A stretch of 64,000 nucleotides of DNA from the NCBI GenBank assembly GCA_002269645.1, contig NIVC01001330.1, forward strand, positions 248,222-312,221, given 5' to 3'. The notes beneath the pieces are model-generated. The model saw nothing but the letters and a program-made list of their open reading frames with translations. It did no database searches and was not told where the DNA came from. The DNA comes from Macrostomum lignano (Eukaryota). How positions within the stretch are numbered: the stretch's first letter is position 1; every line of letters begins with the position of its first letter. The position numbers were made by a program, and so were the translations under genes. This document shows, in pieces, positions 41,501-56,520 of the stretch.

Positions 41501-42709
41501 CTGTCTAAAGATGCTTCAGTTATAAATGACACAGAGACTTCTTCTGTCTGGTTTTAATGGTTTATAACGGAGATTGGATCATCTTTTAGATCTAGAGTAT
41601 ATAAACCAATATTGAAGAGTATTTGAAATCTGTCAGTTCCTGAACTCATTTGAGATTAGTAACAATCTGCATCAAACTAAAATGGATCTGTAATGTATCA
41701 TACTCAACACCTGCAGGATCAGGCACAGCAGCACCACCACCAGCAGCACCAGCAAGTCAGTCGAGTCTCCGCCTATCCGGAGCCCGAGCGTAACGTATGC
41801 GGCGTCTGCTTCGAGACATTCGACAACCGTTGGGACGACGAGGCCGAAGACTGGATGCTGCTGGACTGCGTGCGGCTACCCGACGGCGGGATTTATCATC
41901 CCGTGTGCGCCGAGGATGCTGGCAAGGTGCGCGTAGATGAGAATGATGACGATAATAAAGCGTCCGAGCTGCTCACCAACCCGGCGGCCGCTCTGATGAA
42001 CATCCTGCAGCACAGTCGGCCGCAGTCCTCTGCCAGCGTTGAAGCCATGGACGCTGCGGACGCTGAGAAGCCCACTGAGCTTAAGCTGGAACCTGGTGAT
42101 GTCGCACCAGCTGCCTCTGAGGCTGCCGCCGAGTTCAAAGTCGAACCCCAGGATCCCGAATCTGAGGCTGATCACGGACCGGCTGATGACGATGCTCATA
42201 CACCGGTTCATGACGATGCTCATACACCGGCTGATGACGGTGGTCATAAACCGGCTGGTGACGATGCTCATACACCGGTTCATGACGATGCTCATACACC
42301 GGCTAATGACGATGCTCATACACCGGCTGATGACGATGGTCATGCACCAACTCATGACAATGCTCATACACCGGCTGATGACGATGGTCATGCACCAACT
42401 AGTGAGGATGCTCATAAACCAACTGGTGACGATGCTCATACACCGGCTGATGACGGTAGTCATGAACCAACTGGTGACGATGCTCATACACCGGCTGATG
42501 ACGATAGTCATAAACCAACTAGTGACGATGCTCATACACCGGCTGATGACGATGGTCATACACCGGCTAATGACGATGGTCATAAATCAACTTATGTCAA
42601 TGCTCATACACCGGATAATGACGATGGTCATGCACCAACTAGTGAAGATGCTCATAAACTGGCTGATGACGATGCTCATGGACCCGGTGATCCAGACGCA
42701 AGCAATTAA
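35570..42709 (+). CDS. PCF11: Pre-mRNA cleavage complex II / termination factor PCF11, 5 exons
   Basis: Exons 35570-35788, 36122-36772, 38668-39171, 39607-40626, 41717-42709. CTD-interacting domain (KLAHLYLMDSIVKN, LFELRKTW), two zinc-finger halves (YQCPQCGLRF...DHLDWH; CGVCFETF..WD...DW.L.DCV......YHPVC). The exon 3 acceptor is less certain. Confidence 0.9.
37880..38470. repeat. ~45-50-bp degenerate minisatellite (AGGAAACTAAAATTAGGATTTAGGA...CTTAGTGTT) in a PCF11 intron
   Basis: About 11 diverged units. Confidence 0.85.
39270..39510. repeat. ~22-bp minisatellite (AGACTACCACAAGAATCGCCCCT)n
   Basis: About 10 units in a PCF11 intron. Confidence 0.85.
40660..41482. repeat. GAGGATTA-based minisatellite (GGATTCGAGGATTAAGGATTA)n
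   Basis: 21-bp units and a longer two-part variant in the last PCF11 intron. Confidence 0.9.
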
Positions 42710-44189
42710 GCCGTCAACTCTGCCTTCCGCTTGTGGCTGCAGCATCGAAATGCGTTTTAATTTGGAGATTAACACAAACTCCTGCAAATGTTTTAAAATT
42801 CTAAAAATAGAATCGTTAATAAATCCTGCACAGCTGGTAGCTTTCATCGTATATCTTGTTTTATTTTTCAATCATACCAACATGCTATTGATGTTAATAA
42901 TAGTAGTATCACTCAGCTATCATTCACTTTGCCTTCTTCGTTTGCCTGTGTGTCAACTTGAAAAAAACAAAGATTAAAAAAGTTGCATTATTAAATCTGT
43001 GTTCTTGCTGTTGTGAAAATTTGTCCTAAATCTGACCTAATTAATAATAATAAATTAGCCTTAATGCATATAAAGCCTGCATTTGTCATGAGTAAATAAT
43101 TCCTTGCTTATAAGATAAAAATCCTATTTCATATATAATACGTAGTTCATCATACTTTAGTAAATTTGCAAGCTTCTCATTTCAAGACAAAAAGAGTTTG
43201 AGAATAAAAAATTGTTAATATTCCTGCCTTCTGTCAGCTTCTTTCTCAGACAAATTATATTCATGTTCAATAATAATTACGGTTTTTGTTTTAAATAGAT
43301 AAATTTCCAAGGAATCAGTGCTACAGGAAGCAGCACTCGTCCTTTCTAGGCTGCCCTCATTACACAGTTATTTGAATTCTGTAATTTAATTATAAAATGT
43401 TATTTAGAAATATTTTCCCGTTGTTTTGGTGACTATTTGTTTATTTAAATCTATTATTATTTTTAATCACTCGATGTTAAATAGCCAACGTGTGTCATCT
43501 GTGCGTCATGTGTAAACTATTTCGGCTGTACTCTTGGAATAGTTAATAAACTGGACAAACAAACAAAAAATGATTTCTGTGTTGTTTATTTATTATTCAA
43601 TTTGCGCTAAGTAAAATGTCTTTTGAAATATCTTACCTTAAGCTTTTTTACACTTGGTGCGATTACTACTTATATTGCTACTTAAAGTAGACAAATTAGG
43701 ACACTTAAGTACATGAAATCGAAGCCAAATAATCAGTGGAATTGCAAAATCTTACAAAACAGCATGGAGTGAAGAATTTGATACAAAGGCGATTCTGTGT
43801 TCTAGTAATTAAATTCTCTCAAATTGATTAAAATGATTGTCATCCGAAGTGATTATAAGACTCGATCTATCGCATCTCATCAATTTGAGATTCAATTATC
43901 CGTAGAAGTGGGATTTTCGTCATAGATCCATCCAAATTAGGTTTTTTTCAACCTCCCCGTGGCGACTATTTCAACTAATTATATTCTGATTAAAAATTGC
44001 TAATTAGGATTATGATACAGCTGCACCTGTGTTTGATCAAAATTTTTATGAAGACTTAAATTTTTTCCAAACCAGAGCTACTTGCAGTTTATTAGCCAGT
44101 TTTAATAATGATTCTATTGATGTTTGTGTACCAGCAGTATCAGATTACTGATTCCTGTTTACCATTTTATAGTAGAACATCAAATATCC

Positions 44190-45215
<1,026 letters not shown>

Positions 45216-46225
45216 TGTCTGTCCTAGCGCCTTTCGTAGTGTCTGTCTTCTGTCTTATTGTCTTCCTTAGTGTCGACGTCTATTTTAGTGTGTCTTATAG
45301 CTTCTGTCTTTCTAAGAACCTAAAGAAGTGTCTATTTGAGCAGAAACAAAAGAAACCGTGTGTACTGCAATAATTTGTCATTTTTTGTCTCCCACGTTAT
45401 CAGTGCTCAATTATCAGTGCTCAGTGATCAGTGCTCAGTGATCCCTGGGTTTCAATTCTGGCACAAATAGATATGAGACTGGCTGCAGGCAGATGCGATA
45501 TGTATATGAAAAACAAAATAAACAGCCACTCGGACAGGGAACAGAGTTTTTTCGCCCGACCGCAGTTCTTCCTCTCCGTGTGATGCAGCTCGCAGCTTCC
45601 CAACCCGGCCTCCCCGCGCAGGCTGGGGATCAGTCACGCCAACTTTATGCTCGAGCTGCTCCCAAGCCGGCAGCCAGCATCCGTCAGACACAGCAGGCGA
45701 TGGGGGAAGGTGGTAATCCTCACCTGCCCGTGTAATTACTGCTTCTCAGAATGTCCTCGCCAACTTGGACAGGGCATGGCGATGGGATCTCAACTCTCCG
45801 ATGCTTACACCTGAGCTGACCGGGCTGCAAACTGACTGGTTGAGCAGCAGGGATGGACTCGAAACATCTCCTCTCCTGGCCCAGTGCTCAGCCTCCTCTC
45901 TCTCTTTCTTTGAGCAAGTCCGATGCGATATGAGACTCGAAGAGTGGGCTGGAAGCAGTCTGCAAGTCTTGAGCCCCGGACACGGCAGGCCTGTCAGTCC
46001 CGTTCGCCACGGCAATTCATGAACAGAGAAGTGGAAGCAATCACTGCTGATTGACTGACTGGCCGCGCACTGCAACTCGATTAATTAGCAGGTAAAATAA
46101 AATATCTGCTGTCCTGGCCTGTGACTAGACTTATCTACTTGTACGAGCTGCACTCAACTATCAAGTCAGTCAGCGGCCCTAAACTATACAGAGCTGTTCT
46201 CCTCACCAATTTACATTGTATCTAC

Positions 46226-46392
46226 CTGTGCCTGAGCAGAAGACACTGACTCACACACAGAGTCCCCACCTGTGCCTGAGCAGAAGACACTGACTCACAC
46301 ACAGCACCCACCTGTGCCTGAGCAAAAGACACTGACTCACACACAGTACCCACCTGTGCCTGAGCAGAAGACACTGACTCACACACAGCCCA
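46226..46392. repeat. 42-bp minisatellite (CCTGTGCCTGAGCAGAAGACACTGACTCACACACAG...)n
   Basis: 4 units just upstream of the 262-aa ORF. Confidence 0.85.
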
Positions 46393-46408
46393 CCCCGCCC
46401 CGCAGCAA

Positions 46409-47197
46409 ATGGGTCACTGTCTATCAAAGCGCTGGCACCGCAGTCGAGCTCGCAGGCCGAGCTTCAATCCCGAGGAAAAATCGGACGACAACAAAGACAG
46501 CAGCAGCTGCAGTGGTCGACACCAAGCCAAGGACGTCTCAAAGCCTCACAGCCGAGCGTCAACGCCTGGCATGTCCGAAAAATTCGATGAGCCGCCCACC
46601 GATCAGCCTCGTCGAAGGTCGATGTTGAGCAACTGCTCAGCGACCGGCGACTCGGATAAGCCAGCAGCCGAGGGCAGCTCCGGTCGTAGGGTATCTTCAG
46701 CAGTGCCGCATCGTTGCTACGTGCCGCAGGCGGACCAGCAGCTGCACCAGAGCCAGCACGCTAAGCGCTACCGCCAGAGATCCGCGTCGACTCCGGCGGT
46801 GCCGAAGTTTAAGCCGAAGTCGGCGTCGCCCTCCTCCTCGGCTACCGGCAAGCGAAAGTCGGCCCGCGATGAGTTGTTCGGCGAGCTGCCAGAAGGCGCT
46901 TCGCCAGCCGCCCGCGAGGAGATCGAATTCCTGCAAGGCCTCGTCAAAGCCGGCCTCCTGCCCGTCAAGTCCTACAAGAAGATCTCGCTGGAGGTCCTGA
47001 TGGACGACATGGCGACTTGCAGCGGAGGAGGCTCGGCACCTCCGTCCGAGCTGCCAACGCTTGACGAGGAGGAGTGCGGAGTCAGCGACGGCGGCGGAGA
47101 CGGCAGGCTGTCGACCAGCTGCGCGGCAGGCGACGACAGGAAGGGCCGTCGTAGTCATGGCAACGGGAAGAAAGGTCGAAATTCCTGCGCCAACTGA
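46409..47197 (+). CDS. Hypothetical 262-aa intronless protein with N-terminal MG..C..S (possible myristoylation/palmitoylation)
   Basis: GC-rich open frame with codon usage like the host exons; mostly disordered with a short helical segment (ARDELFGELP...EIEFLQGLVKAGLLP); no recognised family. Confidence 0.6.
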   Translation: MGHCLSKRWHRSRARRPSFNPEEKSDDNKDSSSCSGRHQAKDVSKPHSRASTPGMSEKFDEPPTDQPRRRSMLSNCSATGDSDKPAAEGSSGRRVSSAVPHRCYVPQADQQLHQSQHAKRYRQRSASTPAVPKFKPKSASPSSSATGKRKSARDELFGELPEGASPAAREEIEFLQGLVKAGLLPVKSYKKISLEVLMDDMATCSGGGSAPPSELPTLDEEECGVSDGGGDGRLSTSCAAGDDRKGRRSHGNGKKGRNSCAN

Positions 47198-47827
47198 TGG
47201 ACAGACTGGAAAGAGGGGGGATGGGATCGACCGCTGTGATTTCATAACTCAATGATGAAGTTACATGTACAAGCTACTAATAAGAAACTCGAAAATTATT
47301 GCCTGTATCCGGTCTGTGACTGATGAATTTGCATCATTGATACAATTTCCTTATTCAATCTACGAGAAAAGGGGATACAAGAATGGAAAATAGGAAAAGC
47401 CCCTGGGAGACCCGCTACGCTCTCTCCATGCAGTGCATTGCAGGCAGTGGGCAATAGCAGAGATCCTGCTCTGCATGATTTCGATTTGCCAAAACAAGAT
47501 TTGAGCCAAAATAAGTTAATAACTATATGATCAAGTAGAAAGCACGGATTTGGGAAATTAGAAAACAGAAAGAGCCTTGTCCTTTCATGATGTGCCATGA
47601 AGGATTGAGGAAATGAAGGCAGACCTCACATCTCATGGTCTCGGGCTTTCTCTCTGAAGCCATACAATCCTATTTTACCAATATGCGGGACTTCTCATGA
47701 CCTGATTGAATGAAATAGGCTTATAGCGCTAATTTTGGAGTTTCATTGGGAAACATCCGATTTTCAGTATCTGTGCATGCTTCTGCGGAATATTGCTTTG
47801 CCAGCTGTTTTGTACTTTTTCATTTAG

Positions 47828-48975
47828 TGAATAGGCGCCAAAGGAGTCAGTGATGGGGCGCCAAAGGAGTCAGTGATGGGGCGCCAAAGGTGTCAGTGAT
47901 GGTGCGCCAAAGGTGTCAGTGATGGTGCGCCAAAGGTGTCAGTGATGGTGCGCCAAAGGTGTCAGTGAATAGGCGCCAAAGGAGTCAGTGATGGTGCGCC
48001 AAAGGATTCAGTGATGGTGCGCCAAAGGTGCCAGTGATGGTGCGCCAAAGGTGTCAGTGATGGTGCGCCAAAGTGTCAGTGATGGTGCGCCAAAGGTGTC
48101 AGTGATGGTGCGCCAAAGTGTCAGTGATGGTGCGCCAAAGGTGTCAGTGATAGTGCGCCAAAGGTGTCAGTGATGGTGCGCAAAAGGATTCAGTGATGGT
48201 GCGCCAAAGGAGTCAGTGATGGGGCGCCAAAGGAGTCAGTGATGGGGCGCCAAAGGAGTCAGTGATGGTGCGCCAAAGGAGTCAGTGATGGGGCGCCAAA
48301 GGAGTCAGTGAATAGGCGCCAAAGGAGTCAGTGATGGGGCGCCAAAGGTGTCAGTGATGGTGCGCCAAAGAAGTCAGTGATGGTGCTCAAAAGGATTCAG
48401 TGATAGGGTGCCAAAGGATTCTGTGATGGGACACCAACTGAGTCAGTGATGGTGCACCAAAGGTGTCAGTGATAGTGCGCCAAAGGTGTCAGTGATAGTG
48501 CGCCAAAGGTGTCAGTGATGGTGCGCAAAAGGATTCAGTGATGGTGCGCCAAAGGAGTCAGTGATGGGGCGCCAAAGGAGTCAGTGATGGTGCGCCAAAG
48601 GAGTCAGTGATGGGGCGCCAAAGGAGTCAGTGAATAGGCGCCAAAGGAGTCAGTGATGGGGCGCCAAAGGTGTCAGTGATGGTGCGCCAAAGAAGTCAGT
48701 GATGGTGCTCAAAAGGATTCAGTGATAGGGTGCCAAAGGATTCTGTGATGGGACACCAACTGAGTCAGTGATGGTGCACCAAAGGAGTCAGTGATGGGGC
48801 GCCAATTGATTCAATGATGGGGCGCCAATGGAGACTCAGTGATGGGGCGCCAATGGAGACTCAGTGATGGGGCGCCAATGGAGACTCAGTAATGGGGCAC
48901 CAATGGAGACTCAGTGATGGGGCGCCAAAAAAGTCTGCGATGGGGCGCCAAAGGATTCTGTGATGGGGGCGCGAG
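47828..48975. repeat. 23-bp minisatellite (GGCGCCAAAGGAGTCAGTGATGG)n
   Basis: About 49 units with an internal block duplication. Confidence 0.95.
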
Positions 48976-49679
48976 GTGCCATATCCAATGATTTTGGAAG
49001 CTGAAAAGTTTTTCTATTTTTCTCGCATAAAAAAAACACCGTAAACAAGAATTTTCAGTCAAATCCGGTAAATTGATGGTGACGTCTTGACAATCAGAAT
49101 GTGCGGCGAATTGACAAGTGTTTCTATTCCTGTTGCCATGACAACCAAGCAGACCGCTAAAAATACGATGAATAGAAATTGGAATTCAATCAACCGCTAC
49201 TAAAGACAAAACTGAGTCTGAGTTTGGCAGGAAAATTTCTGTGACAAAAAATCTGTCAGAGCCTCATCCCCAGGAATAAAAGCTCCCAGGAAGCTGCACC
49301 AGGAAGCTGGAGAAAGAGATTTCATTGTCTTTATTCAATTCAGGCCTGATGCGAGCTGCCACTGGGAGAAAATGCTTATATAAAATCAATGACAATATTT
49401 TTCACCTAAATTTGTGAGACGCTGGCGACCAAGAGATATTTCTGTTTCTAGAGAGACTTTCTGTCTGAACTTTGAGTCGCGATCGTAAGCTGGTGAGTTG
49501 CTTTAAGAAGATTCTAAGAAGATTAGAAACTGCGCTGCTTTTTCTATGAAAAAAATAGCTTGATTTTTTTGTATTTTAGATCGTGGATCTTAGACTTTTA
49601 GTTCAGTTAGAGTGCAGACTGTAGCAATACATGCAGATGTGGATACTGCATATGGCTAGACAATTAAAAAAAATGACAC

Positions 49680-50520
49680 ACTTTAGAACAAGGTGACACT
49701 GCAAAACAATGTGAGACACTCTAAGACTGAGTGACACCTCTTAGAAAGGGTGACACACTTTTGGATAATGTGACACAGTCTTAGACAGGGTGACTCACTC
49801 GTAGACAGGGTGACACAGTCTTAGACAGGGTGACTCACTCGTAGACAGGGTGACACAGTCTTAGACAGGGTGACTCACTCGTAGACAGGGTGACACAGTC
49901 TTAGACAGGGTGACTCACTCTAGACAGGGTGACTCCCTCTTAGAAAGGGTGACTCACTCTTAGACAGGGTGACTCACTCTTAAACAGGGTGACACACTCT
50001 TAGAAAGGGTGACACACTCTTAGACAGGGTGACTCACTCTTAGACAGGGTGACTCCCTCGTAGACAGGGTGACTCAATCTTAGCCAGGGTGACTCACTCT
50101 TAGACAGGGTGAATCACTCTTAGACAGGGTGACTCAATCTTAGCCAGGGTGACTCACTCTTAGACAGGGTGAATCACTCTTAGACAGGGTGACTCAATCT
50201 TAGCCAGGGTGACTCACTCTTAGACATGATGACACACTCTTAGACAGGGTGACTCACTCTTAGACAGGGTGACTCACTCTTAGACAGGGTGACTCACTCT
50301 TAGACATGATGACACACTCTTAGACAGGGTGACTCACTCTTAGACAGGGTGACTCACTCTTAGACATGATGACACACTCTTAGCCAGGGTGACTCACTCT
50401 TAGACAGGGTGGCTCACTCTTAGACGGGGTGACACTCTTGGATAATGTGACACAGTCTTAGACAGAGTGACACAGTCTTAGACAGAGTGACACACTCTTA
50501 GACAGGGTGACACACTTGAA
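49680..50520. repeat. 21-bp minisatellite (TTAGACAGGGTGACTCACTCT)n
   Basis: About 38 units. Confidence 0.95.
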
Positions 50521-50630
50521 GACAGGGGGACATCTACACCTTGTGAACTTCAGGTGTTTTGAAATTTTGGCCTTTTGAATCTCCTCCCCAGCCTAACAGA
50601 CCTCAGCTGAGAGCTCAAACAAGCACCCAG

Positions 50631-53307
50631 ATGGCTTCGCTAGCTTTGCTCTGTTGGCAGTTGGCAATGCTTGCCGTCACTGCCCAGAGCTCTCTTCCTA
50701 TGTCAACCAGCGGTCAGTTCCTTCGCCGAGAAGTCGGCAACTGCCATCCGTGGCCGTCGGCTCTGAAGATACTGCAGGAAATCCAACAGCAACCGATGGA
50801 TTGCGTGAAGCTGTGCTCTGCCGTCTCTGGCGTCAGCGTGGTCCAGGTGCAGACGCAGGTTAACGGCGGCTTCCAGTGCGAGTGCTTCACTGGTGACATC
50901 CAGTACACGGAGCCGAGAGCCGGCTGCCAGCGATGGAAGCTCACTGACTATGCCTTGACGCCTGCGGAGATGGTGAGGAAAACTGTGGGTCTGGTGGGAG
51001 GTTGTGGGTCTGGTGGGAGATTGTGAGTCTGGTGAGAGATTTGGGTCTGGTGGGGAGATTTGGGTCTGGTGGGGAGATGTGGGTCTGGTGGGGAGATTGT
51101 GGGTCTGGTGGGGAGATTGTGGGTCTGGTGCGAGATTTGGGTCTGGTGGGGAGATTGTGGGTCAGGTGGGGAGATTGTAGGTCTGGTGGGGAGATTGGGG
51201 TCTGGTGGGGAGATTGGGGGTCTGGTGGGGAGATTGGGGGTCTGGTGGGGAGATTGTGAGTCTGGTGGGGAGATTGTGGGTCTGGTGGGAGATTGTTGGT
51301 CTGGTGGGGAGATTTTGGGTCTAGTGAGGTGTTTATAGTTTCAGTGTGTGTTTATCGGTCTAGTGGGGTGTTTATGGATCCAGTGGGGTGTTTATGGGTC
51401 TAGTGGGGTGTTTATGGATCCAGTGGGGTGTTTATGGGTCTAGTGGGGTGTTTATGGATCCAGTGGGGTGTTTATGGGTCTAATGGGGTGTTTATTGATC
51501 TAATGATCTGCTTACATGTATAGCGGATGTAGCTTACTGCAGAACCACTCAAGTAGGTAAACGCGACGGTACCTCAGAGGAGCACGGCATAGTTGCTAAT
51601 TAACAGGACTGAACACAATCTCAAGTTATGTTAAATCTCTTAGGTCACGCGCATTAGTCACGCAAAAAATCCACGAAAATATCCACCTCAGGAAAGCTGG
51701 ACAAATCTCTCGCCACACTGGCATCCGGTACGGCTCAGCAATCAGCTTCTGTTTGTCGCCACTGATGCCCTCTCGAGTGCCGCGGCCGCGTCAACTGCCT
51801 GCGCTTCCGCTGTACCCGGTGCCCGCCTGCTGGCGGTGAACAGTCTGCAGGATCTGGTTAATCTGCAGGTACGGTATTGATCTGCGTGTGGAGTTTCTCT
51901 CTGAGAGAGGGTTCCACTGGCTGTCAGAGAGAGGGTTCCACTGGCTGTCAGAGAGAGGGTTCCACTGGCTGTCAGAGAGAGGGTTCCACTGGCTGTCAGA
52001 GAGAGGGTTCCACTGGCTGTCAGAGAGAGGGTTCCACTGGCTGTCAGAGAGAGAGAGAGAGAGAGAGGGTTCCACTTGCTGTCAGAGAGAGGGTTCCACT
52101 TGCTGTCAGAGAGAGGGTTCCACTGGCTGTCAGAGAGAGGGTTCCACTAGCTGACAGAGAGAATTAAAATGCCATACAAAGGCACGAAAATATGAAAAAC
52201 ACTGTTGTGCTGTTTACGATACTTAAAGATAGGCTGTGGACTTCAAACAGTTATGCTGAATAAATAAGCATATCTGCCCGTCATACTACTGACAAAGTGT
52301 TTAATCAGTAGCCCAAGTAGCATCTCGAAAACTCAGGATTTCAACTCGTGTCTGATCCCTTCCAGAACTATCTCTCCCATCGTCTGCGTGCCCTGATCCT
52401 GCTGAACGCCTCCTTCTGGATCGACAACCAGTTCAAGCCGGGTCCAGCCGGCCAGTGTCACGTGATCGGCCCAGACGGCTCTCTGAGTAGCTTGAGCAGC
52501 TGTAACGGAGCCACCCTGCATCCAGTTTGCCAGTTGGACCTCTGCTTTCCTGACAACTCATCCAGTAGCAGCGTTGCTTCAACGGGTGAACAGCTGATGG
52601 CTTTTGTCCGCAGGAACGGCTCTCTCGTCTGCCTGAGGTTCGACTTGACGCCCGAGTTTCTGGCCAGCGACTTGTGCGGAGGCAGCGCCGGGCTGGTGAA
52701 GCTGAACTCCGATCTCGCCTTCGCTCAGGTTAAGGATGCTGTGCTGGCTAATGAGAATCGTAAGTGATTGACTTCATTGTTATTTTAAACTCTTAGTTAG
52801 GCACCTGAGAGATGAGAAATTGGAATCTCGGCTTGGCTCTGCTCGTGCAATCAACTCCCTTATGGGCCAACCCCCAAGGCCCAGTGAAGTGTACATGCCT
52901 AACGATAAATAAAGTTAGGGCTGCTGTACACTCCTGTGTGAGTGTGTGCCTGTGCGTATGACTGCGTCGACGAAATGGGTGGCAATGCCTCTCACCGGTT
53001 GTGCGACAATGTCGCTTAAAGTACACCAGGGTGCACACGGGACCCCCCTACCTCGCGCACTGCAGTTCGCAACCAGTCCCTGTGGATCGCCGGTCCCTCC
53101 CTGGTGCCGCTGATCACCACCCGAACCGGCATCGGCAGCGGCTGCGTTCAGCTGCGCCTCAGCGACGACTCGGGTGCGTTCGATGCGACGTCGATCAGCT
53201 CTGCTGGCTGCAGCAGCTCCTCTGCGATGCGCGTCTGCGAGCAGACGGTGGCGACTCAACCTGATGACTCCATCCTGCCGGTTGGTTTGATTGAACTGTT
53301 TGTTTGA
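50631..53307 (+). CDS. Secreted cysteine-rich protein: signal peptide, PAN/apple-like N-terminal module, two degenerate C-type lectin-like domains; 4 exons
   Basis: Exons 50631-50972, 51644-51868, 52366-52759, 53066-53307 with GT/AG and consistent phase; hydrophobic N-terminus MASLALLCWQLAMLAVTA; CTLD-like patterns C...GARLLAVNS, FWID, C...C...VCQ and LWIAG...C...C...VCE. Domain calls are by pattern only. Confidence 0.65.
50975..51490. repeat. 19-20-bp minisatellites (GGGTCTGGTGGGGAGATTG; GGGTCTAGTGGGGTGTTTAT)
   Basis: Tandem units starting right at the exon 1 donor. Confidence 0.9.
51896..52165. repeat. Minisatellite (GAGAGAGGGTTCCACTGGCTGTCA)n, inverted relative of the 53437-55629 array
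   Basis: The reverse complement TGACAGCCAGTGGAACCCTCTCTC matches TGTCAGCTAGTGGAACCCTCTCTC at 22/24 positions. Confidence 0.9.
52817..53048 (-). mobile_element. Interspersed ~230-bp repeat (SINE-like, unclassified), copy 2
   Basis: Same family and orientation as 5718-5957; sits in the last intron of the lectin-like gene. Confidence 0.7.
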
Positions 53308-53436
53308 ATATTCTACTGTTACTATTGATTGAATTCCTTATAAGTAGTTTTTAAAGAACTTATTTATAATAATCAACAGTCTATCATCAAACATGACAGT
53401 GCTAAGCGATTTCTCTATGTCTGCTAGTAAAACCAT

Positions 53437-55629
<2,193 letters not shown>

Positions 55630-55897
55630 AGTAGTATAGAAAAAGACGCTTCTAGACCCAGAGCACTTTTTTAATGACCGTTTTAAGGGTCTAGAGGGGG
55701 GACACGGGGGGTAAATAAAAAAACACATCTAAACACCATTAATACATCTAATCACCCATAATCACCCCTAACAATAAAAATCACTTCCCAACACTTCCAA
55801 ACACTCCCCAACACCCCCCTCGCGTCCCCCCTCTTAAGACCTTAAAAACGGCCATTAAAATAAGGTCTGATCTGTAAGCGTCTTTTTCTATACTACT
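55630..55897. repeat. Terminal fold-back: ~82-bp imperfect inverted repeat around a G-free spacer
   Basis: 55630-55651 AGTAGTATAGAAAAAGACGCTT is the exact reverse complement of 55876-55897; pairing extends imperfectly (55630-55711 vs 55814-55897); 55712-55821 contains no G. Confidence 0.9.
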
Positions 55898-55954
55898 ACT
55901 CTATAACCCCTTGCCCGCGCCGCAGGCGCGAAGGGTCTTTTTCTGTTACTAAAA

Positions 55955-56269
55955 ATGACCCGAGTTTACACCTTTTCTGTTAGTGATACTTTTGAGACTG
56001 TTGCTAAAAATGCAGAGATAATAAAACAACATATTTTGAATGGAATAATTGATGAAGTTTATTTAAAATATGACGACAAGCATGACCTAAAGCTTTATCC
56101 ATTAGAGCTAGATGAGATGTATGATTTAGAACAAGAGGGTGAGTTAATATTTCAACTTGGAGATTATTTAAATTCGGATGATTGGGAGGTTAGATCAACA
56201 GATTCCGAATCAACAAATAGTTCATATGAAACCAGTGATTCAGAGAATGAAAGTGAAATTTTTATGTGA
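55955..56269 (+). CDS. Polinton hypothetical protein, 104 aa, acidic Ser-rich tail
   Basis: Intact ORF preceded by TAAAAATG; no recognised family. Confidence 0.65.
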   Translation: MTRVYTFSVSDTFETVAKNAEIIKQHILNGIIDEVYLKYDDKHDLKLYPLELDEMYDLEQEGELIFQLGDYLNSDDWEVRSTDSESTNSSYETSDSENESEIFM

Positions 56270-56285
56270 AAAAAATATTTAAAAA

Positions 56286-56510
56286 ATGAACTATTATTCT
56301 ATAACAGAAACGACGTTTATTATGAAAAATATATATAAAAAAATGAAGGTAAATTATTCCTACATCGGAAATGTTCCAATTAATGAACTTAATGAAAATT
56401 TAAGTTTGATAACAGTTGAACAAATGTCAATAATAATATTAGTAACAATAATAGTAATAATATTGTTTTTGTTTGTAATAAAAAATTTACTACCATGTTG
56501 TCTTAAGTAA
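56286..56510 (+). CDS. Polinton small single-pass membrane protein (74 aa or shorter) ending ...KNLLPCCLK
   Basis: Strongly hydrophobic segment SIIILVTIIVIILFLFVI; TAAAAAATG start, with an alternative TA(n)TG start at MKVNYSY. Confidence 0.55.
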   Translation: MNYYSITETTFIMKNIYKKMKVNYSYIGNVPINELNENLSLITVEQMSIIILVTIIVIILFLFVIKNLLPCCLK

Positions 56511-56520
56511 CTGTTTGAAC

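Noticed and set aside
55630-55897. Independent 268-bp mini-element with its own target duplication
   Set aside because: The flanks TGGAAC and ACTCTA do not match, so a separate insertion is unsupported; kept only as an alternative within the fold-back finding.
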